Part shown: positions 28,708 through 38,705 of the stretch, in pieces
Layout of the letters: every line of letters begins with the position of its first letter
Position numbering within the stretch: the stretch's first letter is position 1
The notes under the pieces: model-generated
Database searches by the model: none
What the model saw: only the letters and a program-made list of their open reading frames with translations
What the model was told of the DNA's origin: nothing
Source of the DNA: Dehalococcoidia bacterium
GTDB lineage: Bacteria; Chloroflexota; Dehalococcoidia; Lucifugimonadales; UBA1127
Length of the DNA stretch: 64,000 nt
Direction of reading: 5' to 3'
Assembly (NCBI GenBank): GCA_965217675.1
Contig: OZ244559.1
Span: forward strand, 2,756,355 to 2,820,354
Position numbers and translations under genes: made by a program

Positions 28708-29475
28708 TTGCCGACCAACAACCGCGATACGCTCATCAAAGCATGGCTGTACGAGGAGCGTCAGCCCTTTACGGGCTGGGACTTCTCGTACTTGCATGGT
28801 CGGATGACGGAGGGACGGGAACATTGGTCGTATCTGGACCGCGCTGCTGAGCTCATGCGGCGCTCGTCGTCCGTGATCGACATGGCCACCGGCGGTGGTG
28901 AGAAGCTGCTGAGCCTGCGGGAATACTGGCCAGCAAAGGTCATCGCCACTGAGGACTACCTCCAGAGCTTCGAGCTTGCGACCAGACGACTCTCGCCCCT
29001 GGGCGTCAGGGTCGTCAGAGCTCCGGTTTCCGCTACTGGCCCGATGCCCTTCGGAGACGGTGAGTTTGACCTGGTCCTCAATCGGCAAGCTGCCCTTAAC
29101 CCTAGCGAGGTCGCCCGCGTGCTCGCCGAGGGCGGCACATTTCTTACGCAACAGGTCCATGGGTTGTGGGCATGGGACCTGCAGGACACCTTCGATGCGA
29201 AGCCTCAGATGCCGGACGTTTCGGCGGCAATGTACGTGCCAATGCTGGAAGCGGCTGGTCTGACCATGGTGAACGTCGAGGAGTGGGAGGGCCGCTTGGC
29301 GTTCAGCGACGTGGGTGCCATCGTCTACTACCTGAAGGCCGTCCCGTGGCTCGTACCTGGATTCACTGTGGGGACCCACGTGCGATACCTATATGCGCTT
29401 CAGGAGAGGCTGGAGGCTGGCGAGAAACTGGAGTTTTATGCGGCCAAGTTTCTCATTGAGGCGAGCAGGTTGTGA
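28708..29475 (+). CDS. Class I SAM-dependent methyltransferase
   Basis: GWDFSYL, IDMATGGGE, FDLVLNR, GGTFLTQQV. Confidence 0.85.
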   Translation: MPTNNRDTLIKAWLYEERQPFTGWDFSYLHGRMTEGREHWSYLDRAAELMRRSSSVIDMATGGGEKLLSLREYWPAKVIATEDYLQSFELATRRLSPLGVRVVRAPVSATGPMPFGDGEFDLVLNRQAALNPSEVARVLAEGGTFLTQQVHGLWAWDLQDTFDAKPQMPDVSAAMYVPMLEAAGLTMVNVEEWEGRLAFSDVGAIVYYLKAVPWLVPGFTVGTHVRYLYALQERLEAGEKLEFYAAKFLIEASRL

Positions 29476-29557
29476 CCAGCTGTGCCATGTGGGGTTCGAG
29501 TGTTGTAGAGTCCGGGAGTAAGTTGATTCAGTCCGGCACCTTCGATCCGAGGTTGCG

Positions 29558-30151
29558 ATGGATATTCCTGACGGTTACAGCGACATCCCCAGCGGCAAGA
29601 CTGTCTCGGTCGTGACGCATCTTCAGATGTTCCAACGGCCGCCAGAGCGGGCCGAGCGATCCGAGGCGTCGTGGGCGCTTCGCAAGGTCGACGCGCCTGA
29701 TCCCGGCCGGTACCTTGACCTGTTTCGTCGCATCGGCGAGGACTGGCTGTGGTTTTCGCGGCTGCAGTTGGGCGTCGAGGAGCTCCAAGGCGTCCTCAGC
29801 AGTCCGCTGCACGAGACTTATGTGTTCGAGGCGCAGGGGCAGGGGGAAGGCCTGGTGGAGCTCGACTTCGGCGTTGACGGCGAGTGCGATATCAGCTTCT
29901 TCGGGCTGACGCCGCCGATGGTCGGCTGCGGCGCTGGCCGGTGGATGATGAACCGAGCGCTGGAGTTGGCATGGTCCCGCTCCATTCGCAGGCTGTGGTT
30001 GCATACGTGCTCCCTCGATCATCCCGGTGCGCTGGACTTCTACATCCGGTCTGGGTTCGCGCCTTTTCGCAGGCAGGTCGAGGTTGCTGATGACCCAAGG
30101 GTGATTGGCCTGCTGCCGATGTCGGCGGCGCCTCAGGTGCCGCTGCTGTGA
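29558..30151 (+). CDS. GNAT family acetyltransferase
   Basis: FFGLTP..VGCGAGRW, WLHTCSLDHPGALDFYIRSGF. Confidence 0.88.
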   Translation: MDIPDGYSDIPSGKTVSVVTHLQMFQRPPERAERSEASWALRKVDAPDPGRYLDLFRRIGEDWLWFSRLQLGVEELQGVLSSPLHETYVFEAQGQGEGLVELDFGVDGECDISFFGLTPPMVGCGAGRWMMNRALELAWSRSIRRLWLHTCSLDHPGALDFYIRSGFAPFRRQVEVADDPRVIGLLPMSAAPQVPLL

Positions 30152-30170
30152 GGCTTCCCTCCCGCTGCCG

Positions 30171-30368
30171 CGGGACGGGCGATTCGCGAATCGCCCCTAC
30201 GACTCGGTTTGGGGGAGTCGGGTAAGGCGTCCTTGGTTGATGGTGGAGATGCCCCCCAGGCACTGCCCCTCTGGATTCCTGCCTTCGCAGGAATGACGGT
30301 GGTGGGGCGTGCGGGTCAGCGAGCGCTGCTGGTGGTGAAGGGCCCTTCGACAGGCTCAGGGCGAACGG
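30171..30368 (-). repeat. REP mosaic (C, A, D, B in + order)
   Basis: Module C 30177-30200, module A 30266-30298, module D about 30320-30335, module B CCCTTCGACAGGCTCAGGGCGAACGG 30343-30368. Confidence 0.9.
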
Positions 30369-30444
30369 GGCCGCTGCGCTTCTGGGTTCCTGACTCTGTG
30401 GAAATGACGAGAGTGGGGAAGGGCGTGCTCGTGCCTGCCGTCCT

Positions 30445-32685
30445 CTACTCCCAGAGGAGGGTGCGGAGGGCTTGGAGCCAGGCTTGCGACGCGTCGGCTA
30501 GGGGGACGTTGACTAGGCGGGCTATGCGGACGTGGGCGTCGGCGGTGACGCGGCCCAGGCGGAGGACGGGGACGTTGTGGCGCGTGGCGAGGCGTCGGAG
30601 GGCGCCCGTCTTGGTTGGGTCGAGGGAGACGAGGATGCGGGACGGGGCTTCGCCGAAGAGGGCGGCGTCCCAGCGGCCCTTGGGGCGGGCGGTGATCGTC
30701 GCGCCGATGCCGCCCAGAATGCAGGACTCGGCGAGGGCGACGGCCAGGCCGCCATCGCTGCAATCGTGGGCGGAGGCGAGGAGGCCGCGGCGGACGGCGT
30801 CGCGGCAGAGGCGCTGCACGAGCGCCTCGAGGTCGATGTCGAGGGCGGGCTGACCGGCGACGACGCCGTGCAGGGTCTCGAGGGCCTCGCTGCCAGCGAG
30901 CGTCGAGGCGTCGCCGTCCAACTTTGTAGCGCCGAGCAGCATGACGACGTCGCCCTCGTTGCGGAAGCCCGCGCCGCAGTGCCGCGACACGTCTTCCAGC
31001 AGGCCGAGCGCACCCACGACGGGCGTGGGGTAGATTGCCTGGGAGCCGCCCTCGTTGTAGAGGCTCACGTTGCCGCTGACCACGGGGACGCCGAGGGCGC
31101 GACAGGCGTCGGCCATGCCCTTGATGCACTCCTCGAGCTGGTAGTAGACCTCTGGGCGCTCCGGGTTGCCGAAGTTCAGGCAGTCGGTCAGCGCGATGGG
31201 CTCCGCGCCGACGCACGACACGTTGCGGCAGGCCTCGGCGACGGCGAGCTGGCCGCCCACGAAGGGGTCCAGCCACGTCATGCGGCTGTTGCCGTCGGTG
31301 GCGGCGGCGATGCCGCGCCGTGTGGCCGGGCCGCCGTAGCTCTCGCGCAGGAGGAGTACGGCGGCGTCGCCGGCGCCCGGCCCCACGACGGTGTTCGCCA
31401 GCACCTGCTGGTCGTACTGGCGGTAGACGCCGGAGCGGCTGGCGATGTTCGCGGAGCCGAGCAGCCGCAGGAGGGCCTCGCCGGGGGTCATGTCGGGCAT
31501 TGGCAGCGCCGACAGGTCAACACGCTGCGCCGCGGCGGTCTCGGCGGAAAGCGAGCCCGTGAGCCGGTAGCGGGGCGCGTCGACGAGGTGCTCGACGGGG
31601 ACGTGGGCCACGGGCTCGCCGGCGTCGTGGATGCGGACGGTGGCGTCGTCGGTCACGGAGCCGATGACGCTGGAGGTGAGGTCCCACTTATCGAAGACGG
31701 CGCGCACGGAGTCCTCGAAGCCGGGGCGCACCAGCAGCAGCATCCGCTCTTGGGACTCGGACAGCATGACCTCGTACGGGTTCATGCCGGACTCGCGCCG
31801 GGGCACCTGGGAGACGTCGAGGAGCAGGCCGCGACCGCCCTTGCTCACGCACTCGACGGCGGCGCTGGTGAGGCCGGCCGCGCCGAGGTCCTGCATGCCC
31901 GCGATGCCTTCCGGGCACGTCTGGAGCGCCTCCAGGCAGGCCTCGATGAGCACCTTCTCCAGGAAGGGGTTGCCGACCTGCACGGTGGTGCGCAGCTCCT
32001 GCGTGTCCTCCAGGGTCTGGGAGGCGAGGCCGGACGCGCCGTGGATGCCGTCGCGGCCGGTGTCGGCGCCCACGAGCAGCAGCAGGTCGCCGCCGCCGGA
32101 GGGCTGTGCGCGCACGAGGTCGTTGGTGCGGACGATGCCTATGCACATGGCGTTCACGAGGGGGTTGTCGTCGTAGCAGGGCGCGAAGGTTATCTCGCCG
32201 CCGACGTCGGGCACGCCGATGCAGTTGCCGTACCAGGAGATGCCCTCGACGACGCCGTGGAAGAGCCGCCGGGTGCGCTTGGAGTCGGCGGGGCCGAAGC
32301 GCAGGGAGTTCAGCAGGGCGATGGGGCGCGCGCCCATCGCGAGGATGTCGCGGACGATGCCGCCGACGCCGGTCGCGGCGCCCTGGAAGGGCTCGACCGC
32401 CGAGGGGTGGTTGTGGGACTCGATCTTGAAGACGACGGAGAGGCCACCGCCGACGTCGACGACGCCGGCGTTCTCGGCGCCGGGGGCCACGAGCACGCGG
32501 GGGGAGTCGCTCGGGAACAGGCCAAGCAGCGGCCGGGAGTGCTTGTAGGCGCAGTGCTCGCTCCACAGCGCGCCGAAGAGGCCGAGCTCGAGGCCGTTCG
32601 GCTCCCGGTCGAGCCGGTCGACGATGCCCTGGTACTCTTGGGGGCTGAGGGCAATCTCCCTGAGGGTCTCCGGGTCGACGGGCAC
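30445..32685 (-). CDS. purL: Phosphoribosylformylglycinamidine synthase subunit PurL
   Basis: WSEHCAYK, KIESHNHPS, GAATGVGGIVRD, DLGAAG, SESQERM, VSGNVSLYN; GTG start with GGAGG. Confidence 0.95.
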   Translation of the reverse strand: MPVDPETLREIALSPQEYQGIVDRLDREPNGLELGLFGALWSEHCAYKHSRPLLGLFPSDSPRVLVAPGAENAGVVDVGGGLSVVFKIESHNHPSAVEPFQGAATGVGGIVRDILAMGARPIALLNSLRFGPADSKRTRRLFHGVVEGISWYGNCIGVPDVGGEITFAPCYDDNPLVNAMCIGIVRTNDLVRAQPSGGGDLLLLVGADTGRDGIHGASGLASQTLEDTQELRTTVQVGNPFLEKVLIEACLEALQTCPEGIAGMQDLGAAGLTSAAVECVSKGGRGLLLDVSQVPRRESGMNPYEVMLSESQERMLLLVRPGFEDSVRAVFDKWDLTSSVIGSVTDDATVRIHDAGEPVAHVPVEHLVDAPRYRLTGSLSAETAAAQRVDLSALPMPDMTPGEALLRLLGSANIASRSGVYRQYDQQVLANTVVGPGAGDAAVLLLRESYGGPATRRGIAAATDGNSRMTWLDPFVGGQLAVAEACRNVSCVGAEPIALTDCLNFGNPERPEVYYQLEECIKGMADACRALGVPVVSGNVSLYNEGGSQAIYPTPVVGALGLLEDVSRHCGAGFRNEGDVVMLLGATKLDGDASTLAGSEALETLHGVVAGQPALDIDLEALVQRLCRDAVRRGLLASAHDCSDGGLAVALAESCILGGIGATITARPKGRWDAALFGEAPSRILVSLDPTKTGALRRLATRHNVPVLRLGRVTADAHVRIARLVNVPLADASQAWLQALRTLLWE

Positions 32686-32967
32686 GTGTGACCTCCGGTG
32701 TTGGTGGGACCGTTGGGTTGCGGGTGTCGAGGGTGCAGAATGAAGGTAGCAACCGCATTCAAGGCAGTCAAGCAACCGTGCGCTTGCCTTCCGGATGAGG
32801 CCAATGTATCGTAAAGCCCGCAAATGGGGTAGCGCATGAGGGTTGACGCTTCTATGTTTTTGCGCTATTCTTCGCTGCGGTTGTGTGGTGAAGTGAACCA
32901 CACACAGTTGTAGATTCTCTAAGACAGTCCCAGTTCTCATCTTGGAAAATCGTCAAGGAGGCTTGCG

Positions 32968-33666
32968 GTGCGCACACCTAGCTTGTCCCGGCAGAGTATT
33001 GCCCCTCGGTTGCTTCTGAGCTTAACTCTGGCGTTGTCCCTTCTGTTCGCCACCGCGAGCAGCGTTTTGGCAGACGGACACGAGGGCACCTTGCCCTCCT
33101 CCGGCGGCACAGTAGAATTCGCCAGCGGCGTTACCGTGAAGACGCCCGACGGCGCCAGCAAGAGTGACGTCACTGTCACCTACACCGCCCTAGAGGAAGA
33201 CGCTATTCCCGGCGCAGCCCCGGAGGGCATGATGCTGGGGTCGCTGGTCTTCACCCTCGACACCGGCGGCGCCGTATTCAGCCAGCTGGCTGAAGTGACC
33301 ATTCCCTTCTCCGCCGATGACCAGTCCGCGGCCAAAGAGGGAAGGCCCGAGAACGTGACCATCCTATATTGGGACCCCGTCAGCGGCACCTGGATCAACA
33401 CATTCCCCTTGCTGGACATCATTAACAACACGCTGACCGTCACCCATAAGGCCCTGGGCACGTACGCGGTGGTCATCACCCTGCCGGACGAGCCGGTTGA
33501 GACGCCGACGCCGACGCCGACGCCGACGGCACCGCCCACGGAGGAGCCGGAGATGATGGAGACCGGTGGAGTCGGCGTCAGCAACAACATGATGATGGGC
33601 TTGGCCCTGCTGGGCATGCTCTTCCTCATGGGCGGCGGCTACGTCCTGGTCCGGAACCGTCGCTAG
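32968..33666 (+). CDS. Secreted surface protein with PT linker and sortase-like C-terminal signal
   Basis: Signal peptide (VLA/D), PT repeats, METGG, TM helix, RNRR tail. Confidence 0.75.
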   Translation: MRTPSLSRQSIAPRLLLSLTLALSLLFATASSVLADGHEGTLPSSGGTVEFASGVTVKTPDGASKSDVTVTYTALEEDAIPGAAPEGMMLGSLVFTLDTGGAVFSQLAEVTIPFSADDQSAAKEGRPENVTILYWDPVSGTWINTFPLLDIINNTLTVTHKALGTYAVVITLPDEPVETPTPTPTPTAPPTEEPEMMETGGVGVSNNMMMGLALLGMLFLMGGGYVLVRNRR

Positions 33667-33687
33667 TCCCGCTTAGCTCGAAACTGC

Positions 33688-33722
33688 AAGAGCCCCGCCG
33701 TACGCGGCGGGGCTCTTCTTTT
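33688..33722 (+). terminator. Rho-independent terminator
   Basis: Perfect 13-bp stem AAGAGCCCCGCCG-TACG-CGGCGGGGCTCTT followed by CTTTT. Confidence 0.9.
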
Positions 33723-33752
33723 GTCCGGACGGCCTTCTTGCAGAACGGCGCG

Positions 33753-33927
33753 CCCTTCGTGTGCCCTCAGGACAGGCCCTTCGACAGGCTCAGGGCGAAC
33801 GGGTGCGCGAAGGGCCCCTACGGAGAGTGTGGGGGGCAGAACGCGGAGGGCAACCAGAAGGGTCGCCCCTCGGTTGGGGCGCGGCGGCTAGGTGCGGGCC
33901 GAGGGCAACCACGAGGGTTGCCCCTAC
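33753..33927 (-). repeat. REP mosaic (module B and GTAG-type REPs)
   Basis: Module B 33777-33802; GGGCAACCACGAGGGTTGCCCCTAC 33903-33927; degenerate copy near 33848. Confidence 0.85.
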
Positions 33928-33943
33928 GGTTGGGGCGCTGTGG

Positions 33944-35353
33944 TTAGGTGCGGTAGCGGAACTTGCCCTCGAGGCGGTCGCGGTTGAGCTTGCGGTTGAG
34001 GTGCAGGCCGTCGAGGACGAACTCCGCGCCGGAGGCAAACAGCGCCTCCTGCTTCTTCGCGTCTATGCCGAACTGCTCAACCATCGGCTTCAGGCCAAGC
34101 TCGCCGCCGAGCCGCTCCGCGTAGGCGAAGGAGGGCACCTCGCTGCCGGCCTCGACCTCCAACCCCTCCTCGAAACGCAGCACCAGCTCGGTGAAGTCGG
34201 CGGCGTCGAAGTGGCGGTTGAAGACGTTCAGCACGGCCTTCTTGGTCAGCTCGTCGACGACGCGGGCCTCGCGGCCGTCCTCGACGGTCTCCAGCTCCAG
34301 CTTGCCCAGCGTGGACGCGATGATGAACGGCAGGTCGGACACGCGCGGCACCGCCTGCAACTCGTTGTAGCGGATGGCGCGGCGCAGAGCGCAGGCGGCC
34401 AGGGTCTCGTAGTTGGCGATGGACACGCGCACGGAAACGCCGGAGCGCTGGTTGATGTCGGCGCTGCGGCGGGCGAGGGCGGTGAACTCGCCGACGATCT
34501 CCGCCATGAAGTCGGGCACGACCACCGCCTCCTCCGTGTCGGCGAAGCGGGAGCGCTCCTGGTCCACGATGGAGACTTCCTCCTCGATCGTCTTGGGGTA
34601 GTGGGTGCGGATGAGGGCGCCGTAGCGGTCCTTCAGCGGGGTGATGATGCGGCCACGGTTGGTGTAGTCCTCGGGGTTGGCGCTGGCGACGACGTAGACG
34701 TCGAGGGGCAGCCGCACCCGGTGGCCGCGGATCTGGATGTCGCGCTCCTCCATCAGGTTAAAGAGGCCCACCTGGATGCGCTCGGCGAGGTCCGGGAGCT
34801 CGTTGATGCAGAAGATGCCGCGGTTGGCGCGGGGGATGAGGCCGAAGTGGATGGTCAGCTCGTCGGAGAGGTAGCGGCCCTCGGCGACCTTGATGGGGTC
34901 GATCTCGCCGATGAGGTCGGCTACGGAGATGTCCGGGGTGGCCAGCTTCTCCGAGTACCGCTGGTCGCGGGGCAGCCAGTCGACCTCGAGATCGTCGCCC
35001 TGCTCGGCGAGGCGCGTTCGGCAGGCGAGGCAAATCGGGTTGAAGGGGTTGTCGTTGATCTCGCAGCCGCGCACGACGGGGGTCTCCTCGTCGAGGAAGT
35101 CCACCAGGCTTCGGATGATTCGAGACTTGGCCTGCCCGCGCTCGCCGAGGAAGATGATGTCCTGGCCGGCGAGGACGGCGTTTTCCACCTGGGGGATGAC
35201 CGTGTCCTCGTAGCCCATGACGCCGGGGAAGAGCGGTGTGCCCTGCCGCATGCGGGCCATCAGGTTCTGGCGGATCTCCTCACGCACGGGCAGCACGCGG
35301 TGTCCGGACTTGCGTAGCTCGCCGAGCGTGGTCGCCTTCTGGGCGTCAGCCAT
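33944..35353 (-). CDS. AAA+ ATPase (Mg-chelatase ChlI/MoxR-like)
   Basis: GERGQAKS Walker A variant, ANRGIFCINELPDL, ASANPEDYTNRGRIITPLKDR. Confidence 0.88.
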   Translation of the reverse strand: MADAQKATTLGELRKSGHRVLPVREEIRQNLMARMRQGTPLFPGVMGYEDTVIPQVENAVLAGQDIIFLGERGQAKSRIIRSLVDFLDEETPVVRGCEINDNPFNPICLACRTRLAEQGDDLEVDWLPRDQRYSEKLATPDISVADLIGEIDPIKVAEGRYLSDELTIHFGLIPRANRGIFCINELPDLAERIQVGLFNLMEERDIQIRGHRVRLPLDVYVVASANPEDYTNRGRIITPLKDRYGALIRTHYPKTIEEEVSIVDQERSRFADTEEAVVVPDFMAEIVGEFTALARRSADINQRSGVSVRVSIANYETLAACALRRAIRYNELQAVPRVSDLPFIIASTLGKLELETVEDGREARVVDELTKKAVLNVFNRHFDAADFTELVLRFEEGLEVEAGSEVPSFAYAERLGGELGLKPMVEQFGIDAKKQEALFASGAEFVLDGLHLNRKLNRDRLEGKFRYRT

Positions 35354-35656
35354 GGGACCCTCCTGGAGATATGCGTAGTGTAGGTGCCTTTGAAGGTGGT
35401 TCAGTCTTGCACCCGTTCGGGAGCGTGTCAACCGAGGGGGGCTGTTCACAAGACCCGGTAGGGCGCTCGACCGGCTCACGATTTCAGGGCCGCCGGGCGA
35501 CTGGTTTTCAGCATGTTTGGACCTGCCGGTTAGGGCTGCCGGTGGGCCGATGGGCGCCACCGCAAGCTAACTCCCGGCGCCATTTCCCGTTCTTCCTTTG
35601 TGGTATGGTCAGTCACGGCGCTCGATGCAGCCGCGGACTATGAGCATGGAGAGACG

Positions 35657-36409
35657 ATGAACGCTGCCAGATCCCTCGCCTTCATGACGCTGCTTACCCT
35701 AAGCATGGCCGTCGTGGGCTGCGGCGCCGAGGACTCCGCCGGCGGGGGCGATCAGGCCACGGCAGGTGGGCTCGCAGCTTCTGACACGCAGGAGCCCTCG
35801 GCCGGCGCGTCTGCGGTTGTCGAGGTTGCCCAGGCCGACTGCGACATCACCCCACAAATGACGGAGGGGCCATACTATTTCGATACCGGACAGGTCCGCC
35901 GCGACATTACTGAGGGCAGGCCGGGCACGCCTCTTCTCGTCGCAATCCAGTTGGTGGAGGCGGGTTCTTGCGCGCCGATCCCCGACGCTGTCGTGGACAT
36001 CTGGCACCCGGATGCGGTGGGCCAGTATTCCGGCTTCAGTGGGCAGGGAGACAACAACTCGGACACCTCGGGCGAGAGCTTCTTGCGCGGGATGCAGACC
36101 ACCGACGCCAACGGACTCGTGGAGTTCGAAACCATCTACCCCGGCTGGTATCCCGGCAGGACCGTCCACATCCACTTCAAGGCCTACACGGACGAACGGA
36201 CCTTCGTGACGTCACAGATGTACTTTCCCGACGACGTCTCCGACGCCGTATACCTCGCGGAGCCCTACGCCGCACGCGGTCCTCGCGGCACGACGAATGC
36301 CAACGATTGGCTCTTGAACGGCGTCCCAGCAAATGAAGCCTTCATGGGAGCGGTGACGCAGAACGGCGATGGGTACGTAGTCGCCCTGAGCATAGGCGTC
36401 GAGCGCTGA
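35657..36409 (+). CDS. Intradiol ring-cleavage dioxygenase-like lipoprotein
   Basis: Lipobox VVGC; TEGPYY, VDIWH, YS, LRG.QTTD, YPGWYPGRTVHIH. Confidence 0.88.
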   Translation: MNAARSLAFMTLLTLSMAVVGCGAEDSAGGGDQATAGGLAASDTQEPSAGASAVVEVAQADCDITPQMTEGPYYFDTGQVRRDITEGRPGTPLLVAIQLVEAGSCAPIPDAVVDIWHPDAVGQYSGFSGQGDNNSDTSGESFLRGMQTTDANGLVEFETIYPGWYPGRTVHIHFKAYTDERTFVTSQMYFPDDVSDAVYLAEPYAARGPRGTTNANDWLLNGVPANEAFMGAVTQNGDGYVVALSIGVER

Positions 36410-36469
36410 ACAGGCGCTGCGGGGCCGCAGGGCTAAAGGCGTTTGGAGTCGCGAACGGTGAGGGTTGGG

Positions 36470-36740
36470 GCGGCGTCGAGGGACATACGTTGCGCGGGCC
36501 GTCGTAGCTGAGTGAAGACCCAAATGGCATTCGTATTTGTAGCTGGTGTGTCGCATTGCAGCTACAAAGCCAATATTTTCTATTTTATGCCGGGGAGAAG
36601 CCAATCCTCCTTCAACGACTGCGCAGGCGCGCACGACGCTATGGGGATTGGCGATGTTCCGGTTGCGGTGGATGCGTGCGATTGCCATGCGGGTACGGTA
36701 GCGTGGGGCGGAGCGTCGAGGCAAGGAGGCGGTGTCAGGG
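36470..36740 (-). repeat. Dispersed element copy 3
   Basis: GGTGTCAGGG 36731-36740; ATG 36688; palindrome 36536-36568; half-site 36501-36510. Confidence 0.85.
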
Positions 36741-36741
36741 G

Positions 36742-37003
36742 CGGGCGATTCGCGAACCGCCGCTTCGGACAGAGGTGGCGTTCGGGGTGCTGCGACAGTT
36801 GGTGGTAGTGAGGTTGCCCCGCCTTCGCCCTACCCCTCTGGATTCCTGCCTTCGCAGGAATGACGAGTGTGGGTGCTCGGGCCGACAAGCGCTGCTAGTG
36901 GCTGAGGGGTGAGGTTACCGCTGCTGCGGGACGGCCCCCTTCGAGTGCCCTCAGGACAGGCTTCGAGAGCCTCAGGGTGATCGGAATCGCGAATCGCCCC
37001 TAC
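36742..37003 (-). repeat. REP mosaic (C', A, D, B', C)
   Basis: Degenerate module C from 36742; module A 36833-36865; CGACAAGCGCTGCTAGTGG near 36883; B-like 36938-36978; module C ending 37003. Confidence 0.85.
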
Positions 37004-37099
37004 GACGGCGTGTGGGGAGTTGGGTATGCGTGGGGGGTTGGTAGTGGGGGCGCTCCCTCGGTTGTTGCTGGGCCGGTAGGCGTCACTGACAGACTTCGC

Positions 37100-37240
37100 C
37101 GGACCTGGACGGGATTCCTTTCAGCCACCCTTGGAAGGCTTCGAGTGCGGGAGGGGCTGAGGCAGAGTCCCCGCGGTGAAACACGGACGTACGCGGGGAT
37201 TGCGGAGGCCATCGGGCGGCCTGGCGCGCTCGCACGGCGG
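37100..37240 (+). pseudogene. Fragment of methylated-DNA-protein-cysteine methyltransferase (Ogt/MGMT)
   Basis: RVREGLRQSPRGETRTYAGIAEAIGRPGA resembles the MGMT DNA-binding segment; no PCHR motif follows. Confidence 0.6.
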
Positions 37241-37250
37241 CGTGGGCGGC

Positions 37251-37853
37251 TCACGGGCAGAACGGGAGACCATGGAAATTCCAGTTGTCCGACAGACTGC
37301 TTGGAAAGCACCCACTCAACTGGTTGTTGCGGAGGCCCAAACTTCTCAGGTAGGCGAGGTTACCCAACTCCGGCGAAATCTCCCCGCTCAGCTGGTTGTC
37401 GCTGAGGATCAGCGCTTGCAGATTGATGAGGTTGGCCAACTCCTGTGGAATCTCCCCGCTCAACTGGTTGCGGCTGAGGCTCAGCGATTGCAGGTTGGCG
37501 AGGTTAGCCAACTCCGGTGGTATCTCTCCGTCGGCGAGGCCTGGTGGCACCTCCCCGTCGGCGAGGCCGTACCTCGACACTAACAACTCGTAGCTTGGCG
37601 GGAGGGTCAGTTCGGTGACGCGGCCGCTGGGGTCAGTGGTAACGCCATGCCAGTCGTCAATCGGCATGTCGCTCAGCCAGTTATCGCGGCTATGCCAATT
37701 CGGGCCGTCGGTGGCGTTGTAGAGGGCGACGAGCGCTTCCCGGTCCGTGGATGGCCCATCCTTCGACTCAGTGGTGGCGTCGCAGGCCAGCAGCAACAAC
37801 GGGAGCACAAGCGCAAGGGCGAGGACTCCGAGGAGAGGGTGTGGCGGTCTCAT
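37251..37853 (-). CDS. Leucine-rich-repeat lipoprotein (plant-type 24-aa LRR)
   Basis: Lipobox LLAC; DREALVALYNATDGPNW cap; three LxxLxLxxNQLSG repeats; internal 27-bp duplication (GLADGE.PP twice). Confidence 0.88.
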   Translation of the reverse strand: MRPPHPLLGVLALALVLPLLLLACDATTESKDGPSTDREALVALYNATDGPNWHSRDNWLSDMPIDDWHGVTTDPSGRVTELTLPPSYELLVSRYGLADGEVPPGLADGEIPPELANLANLQSLSLSRNQLSGEIPQELANLINLQALILSDNQLSGEISPELGNLAYLRSLGLRNNQLSGCFPSSLSDNWNFHGLPFCP

Positions 37854-37983
37854 CTGGATGCACTTCCTGCGTTTGTTGGGCTGCGGTGGGACGGCGGGGC
37901 GCGTCCGAAGCATAGCACACGGCTGGTTGTGGGGTGGGCGCGTGAGTCGTGTGTGGGCGGTGTGAGGGGATGCGCGGCCCGGG

Positions 37984-38009
37984 CCCTTCGACAGGCTCAG
38001 GGCGAACGG
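37984..38009 (-). repeat. Module B repeat
   Basis: Exact CCCTTCGACAGGCTCAGGGCGAACGG. Confidence 0.9.
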
Positions 38010-38176
38010 TTTCATGAGGCGCGCCTGCGATGCGGTGGGGGGTCAAGGGGGGACGGGGGAGCGCTTGCAGGGAGGGGCGCAATGCATCACGCGCCGCCTT
38101 TCGTGTGGGGGGGCGCTATGCTACCATTCCCGTATTCCTCCGCCCTGGCCGGCGGAGGCGAGATCGGAGCGTTTCT

Positions 38177-38698
38177 GTGCCGCCCCTTGCATCCCACATC
38201 ACCGTCCTGGTGTTTCCGTCTTTCAAGCGCCGTGTCACGCAGAAGCGGCTTCGGCGCGTGGTGGAGGCGGCCCTCGACGCGGCGGCGGCATCGGAGCGGG
38301 GCGAGGTCAGCCTAGTCATCGCGGACGACGAGGCGTTGCTGGAGCTGAACGCTCGACATCGGGGGGAGGCTTCGGTGACGGACGTGCTCTCGTTCTCGCC
38401 GCACCACGCGGGGCCGTACATGGGCGACGTTGACGCACCGGACGACAGCGGATTCCCGGACTTTCCCACTCCCGACGGCCAGCCGGAGGAGCTCGGCGAG
38501 GTCGTCATCTCGTACCCGCAGGCCAAGCGGCAGGCTCGGCAGGCTCTGCGGCCCGTCGCGGTGGAGGTGGAGACGCTCGTCGTACACGGCGTGCTGCACC
38601 TGCTGGGGTACGACCACGCGGAGCCGGACGAGGAGCGCGAGATGTTCGCGCTGCAGGACGCGGCCCTGGCACTGGCCGGGGCGGAAACGGCGAGGTAA
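38177..38698 (+). CDS. ybeY: rRNA maturation endoribonuclease
   Basis: TDVLSF, LGEVVIS, HGVLHLLGYDH; start approximate. Confidence 0.92.
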   Translation: MPPLASHITVLVFPSFKRRVTQKRLRRVVEAALDAAAASERGEVSLVIADDEALLELNARHRGEASVTDVLSFSPHHAGPYMGDVDAPDDSGFPDFPTPDGQPEELGEVVISYPQAKRQARQALRPVAVEVETLVVHGVLHLLGYDHAEPDEEREMFALQDAALALAGAETAR

Positions 38699-38705
38699 GC
38701 CAACC

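Noticed and set aside
30532-32691. Long antisense or alternative-frame ORFs (also 1790-3142, 24624-26264, 33761-35317, 46372-48132)
   Set aside because: Shadow frames of high-GC genes that have clear family motifs in another frame or on the other strand.
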